Both the position numbers and the translations under genes were made by a program. DNA of 30,107 nucleotides from an uncultured delta proteobacterium (GTDB taxonomy: Bacteria > Desulfobacterota > Binatia > UBA9968). Position 1 is the first letter of the stretch; each line of letters opens with the position of its first letter. The notes beneath the pieces are model-generated. The model made no database searches, was not told the origin of the DNA, and saw only the letters and a program-made list of their open reading frames with translations. Positions 26,396 through 30,107 of this stretch are shown here, one piece after another. Where the stretch lies: contig CAWJBB010000086.1 in NCBI GenBank assembly GCA_963840855.1, forward strand, positions 1 to 30,107, read 5' to 3'.

Positions 26396-28495
26396 TTAAG
26401 CGACTGACTCGCTGCCAGTCTCTTGGAGTGCTTCCTTGCGGCTTAGCCGGATCTTGCCTTGTCGGTCGATCTCGAGGACTTTGACCATGACTTCGTCTCC
26501 CTCTTTGAGCACATCGGTGACTTTGCGCACGCGCTCTGGCGCGAGCTGTGAAATATGCACCAGCCCGTCGGTGCCGGGAAGTATTTCCACGAAGGCGCCG
26601 AATTCGACGATCTTGCGCACCGTGCCTTTATAGATCTTGCCGATTTCGGCCTCGGCGGCTATCCGCTGCACCATTTCGATCGCTTTGCGCGCTGCCACCT
26701 CGTCGCTGGAGGCGATGGTCACCGTGCCGTCGTCTTCGACGTCGATTTTGACGCCGGTGGCTTCGATGATGCCACGAATGACCTTGCCGCCCGGGCCGAT
26801 AATTTCGCGAATTTTTTCGGGCTTGACCTTGAGCGTGATGATACGTGGCGCGTGGCCGGAGACCGCCGTGCGCGCCGTCGCCAGCGTTTCGTTCATGATG
26901 CCGAGGATATGTAGCCGGCCCTCCCTGGCCTGGTGCAGCGCCTGGCGCATGATGTCGCGGTTAACGCCGCTGATTTTGATATCCATCTGGAGCGAGGTGA
27001 CGCCGTCGGGCGTGCCGGCGACCTTGAAATCCATGTCGCCGAGATGATCTTCGTCGCCCAGTATATCCGAGAGCACCCGCACATGCTCTCCTTCTTTGAT
27101 CAGACCCATGGCGATTCCCGCCACCGGCGCCAACACGGGAACGCCGGCATCCATCAAGGCGAGCGAGCCGCCACACACGGTGGCCATCGATGTCGAGCCG
27201 TTGGATTCAAGGATTTCCGAAACAATACGAATGGTATAGGGAAAGCTGTCTTCGCTGGGCAGGACTGGCACCAGGGCCCGCTCCGCCAAGTTGCCATGGC
27301 CGATTTCGCGCCGGCCTGGTCCCCGCAAAAACTTCGCCTCGCCAACGCTGAATGGCGGGAAGTTGTAGTGCAGCATGAATTTCTTGTAATGCTCACCGAG
27401 TAGCGCATCGACTCTCTGCTCGTCTGACGCCGTACCGAGGGTCGCAACGACCAGGGCTTGGGTTTCGCCGCGGGTGAACAACGCCGACCCATGGGTACGC
27501 GGCAGGACTTCGACTTCACAGGTAATTGGCCGTATATCCTTGAGACCGCGCCCGTCGATGCGCCGCTCGCGTTGAATCACCAAACCGCGGAAGCATTTTC
27601 TCTTAAGCTCGTCGAAGGCGGCTTTGATCTGTTTTTCCTTGCCCGGAAACTCGGCGGCTGCTTGGGTCACCACTTCACTTTTGACCTCAGCTAGCCGTTT
27701 GTAACGTTCTAATTTTTCCGGAATCTCAATAGCCTGCTGGAGTTTTGCTAACGCCAGCTCATCGACTCGCCGGACAACACCCGCATCCAGCTCCGCAAGC
27801 GGCACCTGGCGTTTCACCTTGCCCAGCTCTCGGCGTAATTGTTCCTGTATTTCCAAGAGCGGCTGGATCGCCTCATGCCCGGCGAATAGGGCTTCGAGGA
27901 TCTCCTCTTCGGGCACCATCGTGGCGCCGCCTTCCACCATTACGATGGCATCCTTGCTGCCGGACAGAAAAATATCAGTGTCGCTCTCCTGGAGTTGAGT
28001 TTGAGTGGGATTGATGACCCATTTGCCATCGATACGACCAATACGCACGCCGGCAAGGGGACCGTTAAAGGGTATATCGGAAACATGCAACGCCGCCGAG
28101 GCGCCGAGCATCGCCACCACATCGGGATCGTTTTCGCGGTCCGCGGAGAGCACGGTGGCAATCACCTGGGTCTCGCAGCGCAATCCGTCGGCAAACAGCG
28201 GACGGATTGAGCGGTCGATCAATCGGCAGGTGAGAATTTCCTTTTCCGAGGGCCGCCCTTCGCGCTTGAAAAAGCCGCCGGGTATCTTGCCGGCGGCGAA
28301 GGTTTTCTCTTGATAATCGACTGTTAACGGAAAAAAGTCAGTGTCTAGCTTAACTTCTCGGACCGCCACCGCGGTGACCAACACGACGGTTTCACCATAG
28401 CGAACCCAGGCCGCGCCATCGGCCTGTTTCGCAACCCGGCCAACTTCGATAGTTAAAGGCCGGCCATGAAAATCCAATTCAATCTTTTTGACCAT
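26396..28495 (-). CDS. pnp: Polyribonucleotide nucleotidyltransferase (PNPase)
   Basis: [54 protein letters not shown] and S1 domains; SD GAGGA before ATG 28495. Confidence 0.98.
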   Translation of the reverse strand: MVKKIELDFHGRPLTIEVGRVAKQADGAAWVRYGETVVLVTAVAVREVKLDTDFFPLTVDYQEKTFAAGKIPGGFFKREGRPSEKEILTCRLIDRSIRPLFADGLRCETQVIATVLSADRENDPDVVAMLGASAALHVSDIPFNGPLAGVRIGRIDGKWVINPTQTQLQESDTDIFLSGSKDAIVMVEGGATMVPEEEILEALFAGHEAIQPLLEIQEQLRRELGKVKRQVPLAELDAGVVRRVDELALAKLQQAIEIPEKLERYKRLAEVKSEVVTQAAAEFPGKEKQIKAAFDELKRKCFRGLVIQRERRIDGRGLKDIRPITCEVEVLPRTHGSALFTRGETQALVVATLGTASDEQRVDALLGEHYKKFMLHYNFPPFSVGEAKFLRGPGRREIGHGNLAERALVPVLPSEDSFPYTIRIVSEILESNGSTSMATVCGGSLALMDAGVPVLAPVAGIAMGLIKEGEHVRVLSDILGDEDHLGDMDFKVAGTPDGVTSLQMDIKISGVNRDIMRQALHQAREGRLHILGIMNETLATARTAVSGHAPRIITLKVKPEKIREIIGPGGKVIRGIIEATGVKIDVEDDGTVTIASSDEVAARKAIEMVQRIAAEAEIGKIYKGTVRKIVEFGAFVEILPGTDGLVHISQLAPERVRKVTDVLKEGDEVMVKVLEIDRQGKIRLSRKEALQETGSESVA

Positions 28496-28562
28496 AGAAA
28501 AATCCTCTGATGTGAGACACAACTAACGGAGGCGTGATGGAGGGCAAAACAGTCGGAAACGG

Positions 28563-28832
28563 CTACTTGCGAATTCCCAGGCGATCGATCAGGCTTTGGT
28601 ATCTCTGGAAATCGTTATCTTTGAGATAGTCCAGGAGCCTTCTCCTTTGGCCGACTAGCTTCAGGAGGCCGCGCCGGGAGTGATGATCCTTGACGTGAGT
28701 CTTGAAGTGCCCGGTGAGGTGCTCGATACGCTGGCTGAGGAGCGCAACTTGCACTTCGGGAGAGCCGGTGTCCGTTTTGTGAAGCCTGAACTGCTCCATG
28801 ACTTCTTGGCGCTGCGGCTGAGCAATTCCCAT
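28563..28832 (-). CDS. rpsO: 30S ribosomal protein S15
   Basis: [40 protein letters not shown]. Confidence 0.98.
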   Translation of the reverse strand: MGIAQPQRQEVMEQFRLHKTDTGSPEVQVALLSQRIEHLTGHFKTHVKDHHSRRGLLKLVGQRRRLLDYLKDNDFQRYQSLIDRLGIRK

Positions 28833-28877
28833 AATTCTCCGCTCTTCTTATCTCTTTCTTCCTTTTAGTTTCACAAA

Positions 28878-28906
28878 TTTTTAGCACACTATTCTGGAAT
28901 TGTAAA
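28878..28906 (-). promoter_or_regulatory. Possible sigma70 promoter for rpsO-pnp
   Basis: Minus strand TTTACA, 17 nt containing TGTG, then TAAAAA. Confidence 0.35.
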
Positions 28907-28936
28907 GCTACGGTTACACGTCGGTAGGCAAGGCTC

Positions 28937-29023
28937 GGTTCCGAGTTCAATGTTCAACGAATCGAATTCGGAGGTTCAGAGTGGAGTCCGAAACCTTGAA
29001 CTTTGAACGTTGAACTTTGAACT
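28937..29023. repeat. Inverted pair of 7-bp tandem arrays (GTTCAA / TTGAAC core)
   Basis: 28937-28957 ggttccg agttcaa tgttcaa; 28996-29023 ttgaact ttgaacg ttgaact ttgaact. Confidence 0.85.
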
Positions 29024-29033
29024 CAACTTCCTC

Positions 29034-29840
29034 TCACTGAGCGAGAAATTCCCGGATCGCCCGATGCGCTTCATCCGGGTTGGAAAAGAAATAACTGTGG
29101 CGCTCGTTCTTCAGAACAACGCATTTGTTGTCGGGAATGCCCTTGGTGAGAATCTCCGTGGACATCCGGTGGTTGATCTCACTGGTCATGTTGCGGTCAT
29201 CTTCGCCGACGATGATCAAGGTCGGCTGTCTGATGTCTTGCAAACGTTGGCTGGTATCGTGGCCCTGGCGGGCGAGTATATGGCGCAGGTAAAACTCCAC
29301 CGGGCAAAGATTGCGCATTCTGACTTGCAAATAATGTTCAATCTTTTCCGGATACTTTTTAACGAACTCCTCCGTCCAGCCGACCAAGATCGTATGCTCG
29401 CGCTCGTACTTTTCATAACCCCATTCGATCATTTCTTTCATGATCTTTAGCGGCAGCCCTTTGGTTAGCGGAAAGTGAGCGCCGGTGGAGGCCAAAACGA
29501 GCTTTTTTACCCTTTGCGGATAATCCAAAGCGAGCAGCTGAGCCACTCGTCCGCCCATGGAATGGCCGACGACGATGGCGTCTTTTACTTCAAGATGATC
29601 CATCAGCGCGATCACGTGTTCGGTGAACATTTTGGTCGTGTAATCGATGGATGGTTTACTGGACTGCCCCGTGCCGAGATAGTCGTGGATGATGACCCGG
29701 TGGTCCTTGGAAAACTCCGGCACCTGATAAATTTTCCAGACCTCGCCGTCGCAGGCGGTCTCGCTAAGGAATACCATCGCCGGCCCATGACCGTGGGCTT
29801 CGTAATAGATCTCAACGTCATGCAGTTTTAGCTTAGGCAT
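29034..29840 (-). CDS. Alpha/beta fold hydrolase
   Basis: IYYEAHGHG, D..GTGQS, nucleophile elbow GHSMGG, PTLIIVGEDD, C-terminal His; SD AGGAGG before ATG 29840. Confidence 0.92.
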   Translation of the reverse strand: MPKLKLHDVEIYYEAHGHGPAMVFLSETACDGEVWKIYQVPEFSKDHRVIIHDYLGTGQSSKPSIDYTTKMFTEHVIALMDHLEVKDAIVVGHSMGGRVAQLLALDYPQRVKKLVLASTGAHFPLTKGLPLKIMKEMIEWGYEKYEREHTILVGWTEEFVKKYPEKIEHYLQVRMRNLCPVEFYLRHILARQGHDTSQRLQDIRQPTLIIVGEDDRNMTSEINHRMSTEILTKGIPDNKCVVLKNERHSYFFSNPDEAHRAIREFLAQ

Positions 29841-29887
29841 GAACGGCCTCCTGGTGAGTGTCACTTAAATCGGGAATCCCATTTACA

Positions 29888-29992
29888 CGTCATTCCGGCC
29901 AAGCTGGCGATAGCTAGCGCGAGCCGGAATCCAGGGACTTCTGGATTCCCGCTGGAGCTTGTCCTGAGCCCAGCCGAAGGGCGGGAATGACG
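29888..29992. repeat. Palindromic REP-like doublet with nested sub-repeats
   Basis: CGTCATTCCGGC...GCCGGAATCCAG then CTGGATTCCCGC...GCGGGAATGACG, with CTTGTCCTGAGC...CGAAGG in the loop. Confidence 0.8.
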
Positions 29993-30107
29993 ACGGAGGG
30001 CCTTCCGGTTTTGTGACCGAATTCTTGAGACACTCCATTAACGCATCAGTTCGTTGTTTCTTAACCGATCCATATTCGAAGCGGTTTGCCATAGCAAGAG
30101 AACGTCA

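Noticed and set aside
11233-28313. Many long plus-strand ORFs over the core operons
   Set aside because: Antisense shadow ORFs typical of GC-rich coding DNA; no recognisable motifs.
29883-30092. 69-aa ORF at the window end
   Set aside because: About half of it is translated REP sequence, with no recognisable domain.

Overview
Bacterial chromosomal segment, GC-rich by eye. Gene order (rpsO-pnp-M16 peptidase-dut; purB-purS-purQ-purL-purF; tRNA-Val-thrS-infC-rpmI-rplT-pheS-pheT-ihfA-merR) suggests a Deltaproteobacteria-like organism, possibly Candidatus Binatia (inference only). Positions ~10.4-28.9 kb are core housekeeping genes, all on the minus strand. The left 10 kb is accessory: amidohydrolase, Bug/TctC binding protein, Dabb-isochorismatase fusion, frameshifted kelch protein, SDR, SnoaL-like protein, cupin and frameshifted thiI. 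The best hidden signal is a selenoprotein that the ORF track splits in two: 9686-10237 (-) reads through an in-frame TGA (U-G-S-C motif) followed by a SECIS-like hairpin. It lies upstream of a conserved ~350-aa protein of unknown function, so the pair may be an uncharacterised selenium-dependent redox system. Other points of note: GTTCAA-core 7/8/9-bp tandem arrays at the 3' ends of eight minus-strand genes, several palindromic REP/MITE-like elements, an ATC start for infC, a PheT lacking the B2 domain and an apparently mosaic ThrS. All family assignments are motif recognition from memory; no searches were run.
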